This document shows, one piece after another, positions 20,278 to 28,840 of a stretch of 64,000 nt of DNA; the stretch's first letter is position 1, and the number at the start of each line of letters is the position of its first letter. Below the pieces are notes generated by a model that was given only the letters and a program-made list of their open reading frames with translations, searched no databases and was not told the origin of the DNA. The DNA is from Pseudolabrys sp. (GTDB taxonomy: Bacteria > Pseudomonadota > Alphaproteobacteria > Rhizobiales > Xanthobacteraceae), in NCBI GenBank assembly GCA_035556795.1, contig DATMEV010000089.1, positions 12,837 through 76,836 on the forward strand. Direction: 5' to 3'. The position numbers and the translations under genes are program-made.

Positions 20278-20310
20278 GAGTCTGGGCCCTAATGGAGTCT
20301 GGGCCCTAAT
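20278..20310. repeat. tandem direct repeat, 2 x GAGTCTGGGCCCTAAT (period 17), overlapping a 7-bp-stem hairpin
   Basis: Copies at 20278-20293 and 20295-20310. TAGGGCC (20270-20276) can pair with the GGCCCTA in either copy. The TAG stop of the minus-strand gene (complement of 20306-20308) lies in the second copy. Confidence 0.7.
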
Positions 20311-20632
20311 TCAATTCCGACGTCGCGATCTCGTTCAGAAACGCGAGACGGTCGTCGCTTGATAACTCATCGAAATGGGCGGCCTTGTCCGAGAGTGCGA
20401 CCAGGCGCTTATGCGCCTCATCAGTGACGTCGAGGGTCAGCGGCGATTCGTCATAAGCGTCGACGAACCGGCCCACCAGCGTACCCAGCAGGTAGTAGAG
20501 CGCATAATGGTCGCGATCCTGCGTCCCAAGGTCGAGAACCCGTTGCTGGAATGTCTTGTAGGTCCGCAGGCCCTTGTGCTGGGACTTCAACCATTGCGCC
20601 AATTCTTCCACCTGGGTTCCCCCCTGTTCCAT
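20306..20632 (-). CDS. hypothetical protein (108 aa from the ATG at 20632; the true start could lie further upstream)
   Basis: MEQGGTQVEELAQWLKSQHKGLRTYKTFQQRVLDLGTQDRDHYALYYLLGTLVGRFVDAYDESPL... The frame stays open upstream to 20989, but that part is AT3-rich and overlaps the divergent gene. No family recognised. Confidence 0.5.
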   Translation of the reverse strand: MEQGGTQVEELAQWLKSQHKGLRTYKTFQQRVLDLGTQDRDHYALYYLLGTLVGRFVDAYDESPLTLDVTDEAHKRLVALSDKAAHFDELSSDDRLAFLNEIATSELN

Positions 20633-20749
20633 ATCGTCTCGATGAATGAAGAAACGACCAGTATATGCGAAAGCGTCGCTAAAAAAATAGAAATATCCGC
20701 GGCTAAACAGCCAATCCGCCAATAGAACCCGATCGTGGTGCAGGGTTGC

Positions 20750-20773
20750 GAGTGTCTCAAAAATGAGATACTC
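20750..20773. promoter_or_regulatory. candidate operator: 10-bp inverted repeat (9/10 match) GAGTGTCTCA-AAAA-TGAGATACTC
   Basis: Read directly. It lies 50 bp upstream of the pyrK-like ATG, in the AT-rich divergent intergenic region 20633-20823. Confidence 0.35.
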
Positions 20774-20823
20774 TGTTGGTTTTTCGGCGCCCCGCCGGCC
20801 CGAAAACCTTCGAGGATCCTGCA

Positions 20824-21693
20824 ATGTCGACCGCCATCTGCTTTCCAGACGTCGCCGCAGCCACGATCGCGCCTGCTGACGAGCGGCTGCCGGTATTCGA
20901 TGTCGCCGATACGCAGGCCGAGGTGCTGTCGAACGAGGCAGTGAACGACGATTACGTTCATCTCGTATTGCGGGCGGATGGGTTGGCACTGAACGCGAAG
21001 GCCGGCCAGTTCTTTAATATTGCCTGCCCGGCGACGTCGCAGGACATGCCCTATCTACGCCGACCGATGAGTCTCTATCGTGCGCTGCCGGCCAGACGGC
21101 AGGTCGAGTTTCTCTACAAGGTGACAGGCGCCGGAACGCGCGGGCTGGCCACCCTGCTGCCCGGCGACTCCGTCGCGCTGCTCGGGCCGCTGGGCAATGG
21201 TTTCACGCTCGATCCGCAGTGGAAAGACATCGTCGTGCTTGGTCGGGGCGTCGGCCTTGCAACATTGGCGCCGTTGGCGGAGCTGGCTGCGGAGCAGGGT
21301 ATCGGCGTTACCGCGATCATCAGCGCACGGTCTCGGGCGTTGGTGATGTCGGTGGAGCGCTTTGCGGCATCGGGTGCGCGCGTCGAGATCGTTACCGACG
21401 AGGATGGGACCAGCGATCCTGCTCATGTCGAGTCCATTCTTCTGGATCTGGTCCGTGATGGCCGTGCCGACGCTTTCTTCACCTGTGGTTCCAATCGGCT
21501 GATGCTGATGATGAAGCGTGTCGCCGCGACGTTTGGCCTGCCCGGGCAGGTGGCGATGGAGCAGCAGATGGCATGCGGTCTCGGTATGTGTTTCTGTTGC
21601 GTGCGCAATTTCGCTTCTGCTGACGGCATTGAGCAGCGGCGGGTCTGTTCGGAGGGGCCGGTATTCGCGCTGTCGGAGGCGCTGTCATGGTAG
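20824..21693 (+). CDS. pyrK: PyrK-like FAD/[2Fe-2S] electron-transfer subunit of a class-1B dihydroorotate dehydrogenase-type enzyme
   Basis: FNR-like fold: RRPMSLY (FAD motif) and GPLGNGF (NAD motif). C-terminal cluster motif CGLGMCFCCV...C. Overlaps the downstream catalytic-subunit gene by 7 nt. Confidence 0.8.
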   Translation: MSTAICFPDVAAATIAPADERLPVFDVADTQAEVLSNEAVNDDYVHLVLRADGLALNAKAGQFFNIACPATSQDMPYLRRPMSLYRALPARRQVEFLYKVTGAGTRGLATLLPGDSVALLGPLGNGFTLDPQWKDIVVLGRGVGLATLAPLAELAAEQGIGVTAIISARSRALVMSVERFAASGARVEIVTDEDGTSDPAHVESILLDLVRDGRADAFFTCGSNRLMLMMKRVAATFGLPGQVAMEQQMACGLGMCFCCVRNFASADGIEQRRVCSEGPVFALSEALSW

Positions 21694-22625
21694 ACCTGCG
21701 CGTCAAGATCGGCGAGCTGACGCTGAAGAACCCGGTGATGCCGGCGTCAGGCACCTTCTCCGAAGGGCTGGCGCGGGTGTTTTCCTTCGACCATCTCGGC
21801 GCTGTCGTCACCAAGACGGTCACCGCGGAATTGCGCGGCGGCAATCCGACGCCACGTGTCGCCGAGGTCGGGCAGGGCATGCTGAATTCAATCGGTATCC
21901 CCAGCAAGGGCGTACCGAATTTTATCAATCACATCATGCCCGAATACGAGCGCTTTACCGCGCCGCTGGTGGTCAGCGTGTCGGCGCCGACGGCAGAACT
22001 GTTCGGCGACATCGTGCGGAAGTTTGACGTGCCGGGCATCGCCGCTATCGAGGCGAATATCTCCTGTCCGAATATCGAGGAGGACGGCAAGGCCTTCGCG
22101 ATGCGACCGCGCTCGACGGCAGCCGTTGTCGCAGAATTGCGGCGCGCCACCCGGCTGCCGCTGTGGGTGAAACTGACGCCGAACACCGGCGACGTCGCTG
22201 CCGTGGCCCGTGCCGCGCAGGATAACGGCGCCGATGCGCTGGTCGTTGCCAACACCATTCTCGCGATGTCGATCGATACCGAGACCTTCCGGCCACGGCT
22301 CGGCAGTATCATGGGCGGCTATTCCGGCCCGGCGATCAAGCCGATCACGTTGCGCATGACCTATCAGTGCGCGAAGGCCGTTGATATTCCGGTGATCGGC
22401 TGCGGCGGTATCGCCACTACGGAAGACGCGATTGAATATCTGCTTGCCGGCGCCGCGGCGGTGCAGGTCGGCACCGCGACCTTCATCAAGCCGAATGTGA
22501 TGCTCGATATCATCGACGGGCTGTCGGCGTTCTGCGAGCGCAAGGGAATCGCGCGCGTCAGCGATCTGATCTGCGCGGTCGAGGATGGCGACATGCATAT
22601 CGACAAGCTGGAAGCGCTGCCATGA
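21687..22625 (+). CDS. pyrD: class-1B dihydroorotate dehydrogenase catalytic subunit (PyrDB-like)
   Basis: LKNPVMPASGTF...VTKTVT...MLNSIGIPSKG...IEANISCPN (catalytic Cys loop retained)...WVKLTPN...GGYSGPAIKPI...GCGGI. Confidence 0.82.
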   Translation: MVDLRVKIGELTLKNPVMPASGTFSEGLARVFSFDHLGAVVTKTVTAELRGGNPTPRVAEVGQGMLNSIGIPSKGVPNFINHIMPEYERFTAPLVVSVSAPTAELFGDIVRKFDVPGIAAIEANISCPNIEEDGKAFAMRPRSTAAVVAELRRATRLPLWVKLTPNTGDVAAVARAAQDNGADALVVANTILAMSIDTETFRPRLGSIMGGYSGPAIKPITLRMTYQCAKAVDIPVIGCGGIATTEDAIEYLLAGAAAVQVGTATFIKPNVMLDIIDGLSAFCERKGIARVSDLICAVEDGDMHIDKLEALP

Positions 22626-23908
22626 ATGCGCCGGTCGATATTCGCGAGACGATGGATGCCGCGCGCTGGCGTGCGCTGGCGGAGCATTTGTTCGACGAAT
22701 TGCGCGCGCGCAGCAGCGACGGACGTGGCGTTACCCGCGAATGCTATGCTGAAGGCGAAGAAGCGGCGCTGAACCTGTTTCGCGAGACTGCGGAACAATA
22801 CGGCCTCACCTGCAGCCAGGACGGCGCCGCCAATCTGATCGTGTCGTTACCGGACGACGATCTGAGCCAACCGGCCCTGATTCTCGGCTCGCACGTGGAT
22901 TCGGTGCCGCAGGGCGGCAACTTTGATGGTGGCGCTGGCGTCGTGGCGGGGCTGCTTTGCCTCATCCGCCTGCTCGGTGAGCGGCACCGGGCTGCGCAAC
23001 CGGTACGGCTGCTGGTACTGCGCGGCGAGGAGAGCGCTTATTACGGACGTGCCAATATCGGCTCGCGGGCCCTGTTTGGACTGCTCAACCCAAGCGATCT
23101 CGACGCGAAGCGGCAGGGCAACGGCCGCACGCTACGCGCCGCGTTGGAAGGGGCCGGCGCCGACATTGCCGGCATCGAAGCGCAGGCGATGCTGATTGCG
23201 CCGAATTTTGCTTCGTCCTATCTCGAATTGCATATCGAGCAGGGTCCGGTGATGGTGGCTCGCGAACTGCCAGTGGCGATCGTCACCGGCATCCGTGGCA
23301 ATCTGCGGCATCGCCGTGTGATCTGTCGGGGGGAGGCCGGTCATTCGGGTACGGTGCCGCGCTGGTTGCGTCGCGACGCCGTATTTGCGGTCGCAGATCT
23401 CTTGATGCGGCTCGACGAGCACTGGAACCGGTTGCTGGAACGTGGCCTCGATCTCGTCGTCACCAGCGGTATCTGCAATACGGATCCGGAACGGCAGGCA
23501 ATCAGCCGCATTCCAGGCGAGGTCTATTTCAGCTTTGAGGTGCGAAGTCAGAGCTTCGAGACGCTTGAAGGTTTTTACGAATTGTTCCGCTCCGAGTGTC
23601 GTGCCGTCGCCGATACACGGCACGTCAAGTTTGAGTTCGACGAACGAGTCTACACCGAGCCCGCGCGTATGGATGAGGCCGTGATTGCCCGTCTGCGCAA
23701 GCAGGCCGAGCAGCTTGGCTATGCCATCGAACTGCTGCCGAGCGGTGCCGGTCACGACGCCGCGGTATTTGCCAATGCCGGTATTCCTTCCGGCATGATC
23801 TTCGTGCGTAACCGCAATGGCTCGCACAATCCCGACGAGGCGATGACGGTTGACGACTTCATGCGCGGGGTGGAATTGATGTATGCGGTTGCTTCCGCCG
23901 CGCCGTGA
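22622..23908 (+). CDS. M20-family Zn amidohydrolase (N-carbamoyl-L-amino acid / allantoate amidohydrolase type)
   Basis: GSHVDSVPQGGNFDGGAGVVAGLL...HIEQGPVM...GEAGHSGTVP...PSGAGHDA are signatures of the AmaB/AllC subgroup. ATGA overlap with the pyrD-like stop. Confidence 0.8.
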   Translation: MNAPVDIRETMDAARWRALAEHLFDELRARSSDGRGVTRECYAEGEEAALNLFRETAEQYGLTCSQDGAANLIVSLPDDDLSQPALILGSHVDSVPQGGNFDGGAGVVAGLLCLIRLLGERHRAAQPVRLLVLRGEESAYYGRANIGSRALFGLLNPSDLDAKRQGNGRTLRAALEGAGADIAGIEAQAMLIAPNFASSYLELHIEQGPVMVARELPVAIVTGIRGNLRHRRVICRGEAGHSGTVPRWLRRDAVFAVADLLMRLDEHWNRLLERGLDLVVTSGICNTDPERQAISRIPGEVYFSFEVRSQSFETLEGFYELFRSECRAVADTRHVKFEFDERVYTEPARMDEAVIARLRKQAEQLGYAIELLPSGAGHDAAVFANAGIPSGMIFVRNRNGSHNPDEAMTVDDFMRGVELMYAVASAAP

Positions 23909-23955
23909 CCGGTGCATCATCCATATGCCTGCTTGAGCGTATTATTGCCTGAACG

Positions 23956-24990
23956 ATGACCGAACTGACGATCCGCAAGCCAGACGACTGGCATGTCCAT
24001 TTCCGTGACGGTGAGGTGCTGCGCTCCGTGGTGAATTTCACTGCCGAGCGCTTTGGCCGCGCCATCGTTATGCCGAACCTAGTGCCGCCGGTCACCACGG
24101 CAAAACAGGCGGCAGAATACCGCGAACGGGTGCTGGCGGCGGTCGATCCGCGTCATCGCTTCACGCCGCTGATGACCTGCTATCTTACCGACGGCACCGA
24201 CCCTGCCGACCTGGTCGCTGGCCACCGCGACGGCATCTTCACCGCCGCCAAGCTCTATCCGGCACACGCGACTACCAATTCGGCGGCTGGTGTGTCGGAT
24301 ATCGACAAGATCATGCCGGTGCTGGAGGCGATGGCGGAGAGCGGCATGCCGCTGCTGGTCCATGGCGAATTGCCGCGACCGGAGATCGACGTCTTCGACC
24401 GCGAAAAGGCTTTTATTGACGTCGTCCTGCTGCCGCTGATCGAGCGCGTCCCGGCGCTGAAGATCGTCATGGAGCATGTTACCACCAGCCACGGCGTTGC
24501 CGTCGTCCGCGCGCACCGACCGCGCATGGGAGCCACGATCACGCCCCAGCACCTGCTCTACAACCGTAACGCGCTGTTCAACGGCGGATTGCGGCCGCAC
24601 CTCTACTGCCTGCCGGTGCTTAAGCGCGAGGAACACCGCCTGGCGTTGCGGCAGGCGGCGACCAGCGGGGAGCCTGGCTTCTTCCTGGGAACCGATTCCG
24701 CCCCCCATCTGCGGAACCTGAAGGAGGCGGCTTGCGGCTGCGCCGGGGTATTCGGCGCCCCGGCGGCGCTTTCGGCCTATGTGAAGGTCTTTGAGGAGGA
24801 GGGGGCGCTTGCCCGGTTCGAGGCTTTTGCCAGCCTCAATGGGCCGGCTTTTTACAGGCTTCCCCCCAACGAGGAGCGGATCACCCTTCGCAAGCAGCCG
24901 ACCTTTGTCTGCGAGGGGGTTCCGGTCGAAAAAATGGGGGACATTCACCCGCTGTTCGGTGGCGATCAGGTTGACTGGTCAATAGCCTGA
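23956..24990 (+). CDS. pyrC: dihydroorotase, homodimeric (E. coli PyrC) type
   Basis: [19 protein letters not shown]...[13 protein letters not shown]...[12 protein letters not shown]...LLVHGE...MEHVTT...[10 protein letters not shown] are PyrC class II signatures. Confidence 0.9.
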   Translation: MTELTIRKPDDWHVHFRDGEVLRSVVNFTAERFGRAIVMPNLVPPVTTAKQAAEYRERVLAAVDPRHRFTPLMTCYLTDGTDPADLVAGHRDGIFTAAKLYPAHATTNSAAGVSDIDKIMPVLEAMAESGMPLLVHGELPRPEIDVFDREKAFIDVVLLPLIERVPALKIVMEHVTTSHGVAVVRAHRPRMGATITPQHLLYNRNALFNGGLRPHLYCLPVLKREEHRLALRQAATSGEPGFFLGTDSAPHLRNLKEAACGCAGVFGAPAALSAYVKVFEEEGALARFEAFASLNGPAFYRLPPNEERITLRKQPTFVCEGVPVEKMGDIHPLFGGDQVDWSIA

Positions 24991-25098
24991 CGTCATAAGG
25001 ATGCGATCGCTGGACAATCCGATGTTTCTCTGCGGGCAGATCTGCCTGGCAGCGATCTGGCGCGCAGAGTTACTCCGCCGGTAATTTAAGGAGAGCTC

Positions 25099-25857
25099 AT
25101 GGGCAACTTTTCATCGTCGCCGGCCGATAAAAAAGCCATCGCACGGCAAACCGCCAAAATGATGCTGGAGATCAAGGCGATCCACTTTAATGCGGATTCG
25201 CCTTTTTTCTTCACCTCTGGATGGGCCAGCCCCGTTTATGTCGACTGCCGCAAGATCATCTCCTACCCGCGCCTGCGCTCGGGCCTGATGGACTTCTCCT
25301 CGTCGGTCATTCTGTCGGAGATCGGCTACGAGTCGATTGACAACATTGCTGGCGGCGAGACCGCGGGCATCCCCTTCGCCGCCTGGATCGCCGACAAGCT
25401 GATGCTGCCGATGCAGTATATCCGCAAGAAGGCGAAGGGCTTCGGACGCAATGCGCAGATCGAGGGTGACCTGCTGGAAGGCACGCGCACTCTGCTGGTC
25501 GAGGATCTTGCCACGGACGGCCGCAGCAAGGTCAATTTCTGCAACGCGCTGCGCAAAGCTGGCGCGCAGGTCGATCACTGTTTCGTGCTCTTCTATTACG
25601 ATATCTTTCCGGAGAGTCAGGGGCATCTGCGTGACCTGAACGTCAAGCTGCATCACCTGGCAACCTGGTGGGATGTGCTTGAGGTTGCGGAGGAGAGCGG
25701 CCATTTCGACAAGGGTATGCTCAAGGAGGTGCGCAGCTTCCTCAACGAGCCGTCGAAGTGGTCAGCCGCGCACGGTGGCATAGCCGACTTCGAACCGGTG
25801 TCGAAACCGCCCGAAGGACAGCAGCCGGTGCTGCTGCGCACCGGTTCGGACGGCTGA
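25099..25857 (+). CDS. pyrE: orotate phosphoribosyltransferase (long Rhizobiales-type PyrE)
   Basis: [28 protein letters not shown]...[19 protein letters not shown]...[17 protein letters not shown]...[13 protein letters not shown] (PRPP motif). Confidence 0.88.
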   Translation: MGNFSSSPADKKAIARQTAKMMLEIKAIHFNADSPFFFTSGWASPVYVDCRKIISYPRLRSGLMDFSSSVILSEIGYESIDNIAGGETAGIPFAAWIADKLMLPMQYIRKKAKGFGRNAQIEGDLLEGTRTLLVEDLATDGRSKVNFCNALRKAGAQVDHCFVLFYYDIFPESQGHLRDLNVKLHHLATWWDVLEVAEESGHFDKGMLKEVRSFLNEPSKWSAAHGGIADFEPVSKPPEGQQPVLLRTGSDG

Positions 25858-26045
25858 GCCGGGCGCGGTCCGGAAAACGGAATTTTGTTTCCCGGAAAGC
25901 ATGCCCTCGGACCGATCCGGGGGCGTGCTCGTTTGAACGACGAACGTCCGGTCTGACCCGACGCAGTTGGATCATTGATCGGCGGCAATCCCGACTGCGC
26001 GTTTTGGTGCGGATAAGGCGCTGATCCCCAGTGTTGCCTCTTCGA

Positions 26046-27185
26046 TCAGAATGTTGCTGCGCGCTGTTGCCGGTCGTAGGCAGCCATGAACAGGGGCGAC
26101 TGTGTTTGCAGCCGCTCCACAGAGACGCGCCCCGTGCGCGTCAGATACGACATCGCGAAGTCGTAGGGTGAAAGCGGCATTTTCTCCGCGAAGGTCTCGT
26201 ACCAAGCGGCGCTGGCATTTGCCGCGCCGACGAGAATGTCGAGGATCGGCTTGCGCGCCGCTTCGTAATCGGCGAGCGCCTGCGGGATATCGTGAGGTGA
26301 CACTGCAAGCGCCTTGGCGAGTGCGATCGCGTCCTCGAAGGCGAGCCGCGTGCCAGAGCCGATCGAGAAATGCGCAGTGTGAAGTGCGTCGCCGAGGATA
26401 ACAGTGTTGCCGTGCGACCAGTGACTATTATGGATGATCGGAAACTGCCGCCAGATCGAGCGGTTGGACACTAGGGCGTGTCCCGCCAGCGTATCTGCGA
26501 ATATCTCCTGCATCAGCATCTTCAACTCGGTTTCGCCGAGCGTTGTCAGATCGTTGTTGGCGAATGTCGCCGCGTCGGTTTCGACGATGAAAGTGCTCAT
26601 CGTATCCGAATATCGGTAATGGTGGGCGTTGAAGACCCCGAGCGGGTGGGTGACGAAAGTCTGCGTTAGAGCGTCGAATGGCTTGGTGGTGCCGAACCAG
26701 GCGAAACGGTTGCTCAGATAACGGATCGTCGTACCGAAGGCGGATCCGGCGGCGCGGCGAACCAGCGAATTGATACCGTCTGCGCCGACGACGAGATCGG
26801 AATCGTCGAGTGCGTCAAGACGGTCTATCGTGGTGCGGTAACGGATATCAACGCCGAGACGCAGCGCTTCCCTCTGCAGGATCTGCAGGAGTCGCAGCCG
26901 GCCGATCGCGGTAAAGCCGATGCCGTCGATCCGCAGTGTCTCGCCGCGATGCGTGATCTTGATGTCGTTCCAACGTTGCAGTTCTGGGGTGATCGCAGCA
27001 TGGATGTCGGGATCATCGTCCTTCAGGAATTCCAGTGCGCTTTCGGAAAAAACGACGCCAAAGCCGAATGTCGAATCGGAAGCATTCTGTTCAAAGACAG
27101 TCAGCGCGTCAGAAAGACCTAAGCGCTTGAGTAAGATCGATAGATAGAGGCCAGCCGGGCCGGCGCCAAGGATAGATATCTTCAT
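26046..27185 (-). CDS. FAD-dependent (group A) aromatic monooxygenase, resembling the monooxygenase domain of aryl-CoA hydroxylases
   Basis: Start at MKISILGAGPAGLYLSILL (GxGxxG; ATG is the complement of 27183-27185). DG motif VVGADGINSLVR. GD motif ILGDALHTAHFSIGSG. TFGFGVVFSE resembles the FGWGVVFSD motif of 2-aminobenzoyl-CoA / salicylyl-CoA hydroxylases (from memory). The upstream part of track ORF 26046..27590 overlaps the tetR gene. Confidence 0.75.
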   Translation of the reverse strand: MKISILGAGPAGLYLSILLKRLGLSDALTVFEQNASDSTFGFGVVFSESALEFLKDDDPDIHAAITPELQRWNDIKITHRGETLRIDGIGFTAIGRLRLLQILQREALRLGVDIRYRTTIDRLDALDDSDLVVGADGINSLVRRAAGSAFGTTIRYLSNRFAWFGTTKPFDALTQTFVTHPLGVFNAHHYRYSDTMSTFIVETDAATFANNDLTTLGETELKMLMQEIFADTLAGHALVSNRSIWRQFPIIHNSHWSHGNTVILGDALHTAHFSIGSGTRLAFEDAIALAKALAVSPHDIPQALADYEAARKPILDILVGAANASAAWYETFAEKMPLSPYDFAMSYLTRTGRVSVERLQTQSPLFMAAYDRQQRAATF

Positions 27186-27904
27186 GGGCGTTTTCGTTCG
27201 CCTGCGAGAGAGTTCGGAATGAACAGCGTTTCGGCGATCCGACGCCGTTGTGCGTGGGTGCCGTCGGTGCTGTCCGCCGCAGTTGTATGGCTGCCGATGA
27301 TGAACGACATTTGCGCGATAGCATAGACCTGCGCCTCGGCCGCGTTGAGGCCAGCCGTGCGATAGAGTTCTTCGAGGAACGAGATACGCTCTGCATCGAC
27401 CTCTCGCACCAGCCTGGCCACGCGCACGTCGCGACGAGCCCAGTCGCGGAGGGTCAACTCGAATGGCCCGCCCGGAACGTCCGGCTGTGGTGCCAGCGCG
27501 ATGCGCAGCAGGTTGCGCAAACGCTCCAGTGGCGCTGCATTCGCGGGTCCGATCAGGTCCTTGATGCGCGTAACCATCAATGAGCGCCACGATTCAAGCA
27601 CTGCGTCGAGCAGGTCCTCGCGGCTGTGAAAGTGCCAGTAGAAGCTGCCCTTGGTGACGCCGAGATCACTGGCCAGTTCGTCGATGCGCAATGCCGCGAC
27701 GCTGTCCTGCGCCAGTTTGCGGATCGCTCCGTTAATCCAGTCTTGGCGCGTCAGGCGGGCGGCTTCGGAAGCAGTTGCTGGCTGGATGTCGGCGCAGCGT
27801 CTCGGCTGTGCCGAGCTTGCGCTATGCTGCCGTGTGTTGCGTTTTGCCTTCGCCGGTACCGCCACGACCTTCGCTCCACGCCCGGTGACCAATTTGACAA
27901 GCAT
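27182..27904 (-). CDS. TetR/AcrR family transcriptional regulator
   Basis: HTH region WINGAIRKLAQDSVAALRIDELASDLGVTKGSFYWHFHSREDLL. ATGA overlap with the downstream monooxygenase gene. Confidence 0.85.
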   Translation of the reverse strand: MLVKLVTGRGAKVVAVPAKAKRNTRQHSASSAQPRRCADIQPATASEAARLTRQDWINGAIRKLAQDSVAALRIDELASDLGVTKGSFYWHFHSREDLLDAVLESWRSLMVTRIKDLIGPANAAPLERLRNLLRIALAPQPDVPGGPFELTLRDWARRDVRVARLVREVDAERISFLEELYRTAGLNAAEAQVYAIAQMSFIIGSHTTAADSTDGTHAQRRRIAETLFIPNSLAGERKRP

Positions 27905-27916
27905 GACGAGCCTTGT

Positions 27917-27934
27917 CCATACTTTATAGTATGG
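27917..27934. promoter_or_regulatory. candidate TetR operator: perfect 7-4-7 palindrome CCATACT-TTAT-AGTATGG
   Basis: Read directly in the short divergent spacer, 13 bp upstream of the tetR ATG (complement of 27902-27904). Confidence 0.5.
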
Positions 27935-27969
27935 AGAGATGGCCGGCCAGTGAACCGGAGGAGCGGTGC

Positions 27970-28776
27970 GTGGGCGAAGACTGGAGCAGATTCAGGGTCG
28001 AATTGCCGATAGCGCTGCGGGCAGAGCGTCACGGCGATCTCGCGTTGTTGTGGCTGGCCCGCGCTGACAAGCGCAACGCCATCAACTCCGACATGCTCCG
28101 GGGCATCAAGCTGTTCTTCAACGCGCTGGCCGACGAAGTGAAGGCGGTGGTGATCGCCGGTGACGGCGACAATTTCTCCGCCGGGCTCGACCTTAGCGAA
28201 TTGACGGAAAAGGATGCTGCCGGCGGCGCCTTTCACTCGCGCGAATGGCATGATGCGTTCCATGACATCCAATATGCCCGGGTGCCGGTAGTTTGTGTGC
28301 TGCACGGCGCGGTGATCGGGGCCGGACTCGAACTCGCAAGTGCCGCGCATCTGCGGGTGGCGGAGGCGACGGCCTTCTACGGATTGCCTGAAGGGCAGCG
28401 CGGCATTTTTCTCGGTGGTGGCGGATCGATGCGTCTGACGCGGCTTATCGGTGTAGCGCGCGTTACCGATCTGATGATGACAGGGCGGACGTTGAACGCA
28501 CACGAAGGGTACCAGTTCGGTTTCTCGCAATATCTCGTCGAAGCCGGGCAGGGACTGGCCAAGGGCATCGAACTGGCGGAGCGGGCCGGCGCGAATGCGC
28601 CGCTCAGCAATTTTGCGATCATCCAGGCCTTGCCGCGGATTGCTGAGATGGGTCCGGACGAGGGACTGTTCCTGGAATCGCTGGTAACGGGCGTCGTCCA
28701 GAGCGCCGACGATGCCAAGGAACGCCTGCACGCATTTCTGGAAAAACGCGCCGCCAAGGTTGAGCGGCCTCGCTGA
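27970..28776 (+). CDS. enoyl-CoA hydratase/isomerase (crotonase) family protein
   Basis: LWLARADKRNAIN...VIAGDGDNFSAGLDLSE...PVVCVLHGAVIGAGLELASAAHLRVA...GLPEGQRGIFLGGGGSMRL. GTG at 27970 lies 7 nt after GGAGGA (27957-27962). Alternative starts are ATG 27931 and TTG 27913. Confidence 0.82.
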   Translation: MGEDWSRFRVELPIALRAERHGDLALLWLARADKRNAINSDMLRGIKLFFNALADEVKAVVIAGDGDNFSAGLDLSELTEKDAAGGAFHSREWHDAFHDIQYARVPVVCVLHGAVIGAGLELASAAHLRVAEATAFYGLPEGQRGIFLGGGGSMRLTRLIGVARVTDLMMTGRTLNAHEGYQFGFSQYLVEAGQGLAKGIELAERAGANAPLSNFAIIQALPRIAEMGPDEGLFLESLVTGVVQSADDAKERLHAFLEKRAAKVERPR

Positions 28777-28840
28777 AGCGAAGGCACGTGCTCTTCAATT
28801 GCAGAAGATCGCGCAAGCCACTCGCGCGCCGCGCCCGTGA

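Noticed and set aside
20278-20310. The tandem repeat as a possible CRISPR or mobile-element end
   Set aside because: There are only two 16-nt copies with a 1-nt spacer, and no further repeats, cas genes, transposase or target-site duplication were seen.
23956-25857. Calling pyrC and pyrE dedicated catabolic genes
   Set aside because: Both look like the standard housekeeping Rhizobiales forms (E. coli-type PyrC, long PyrE) and are separated by real intergenic gaps. Only their adjacency to the PyrK/PyrDB/M20 operon is noteworthy.
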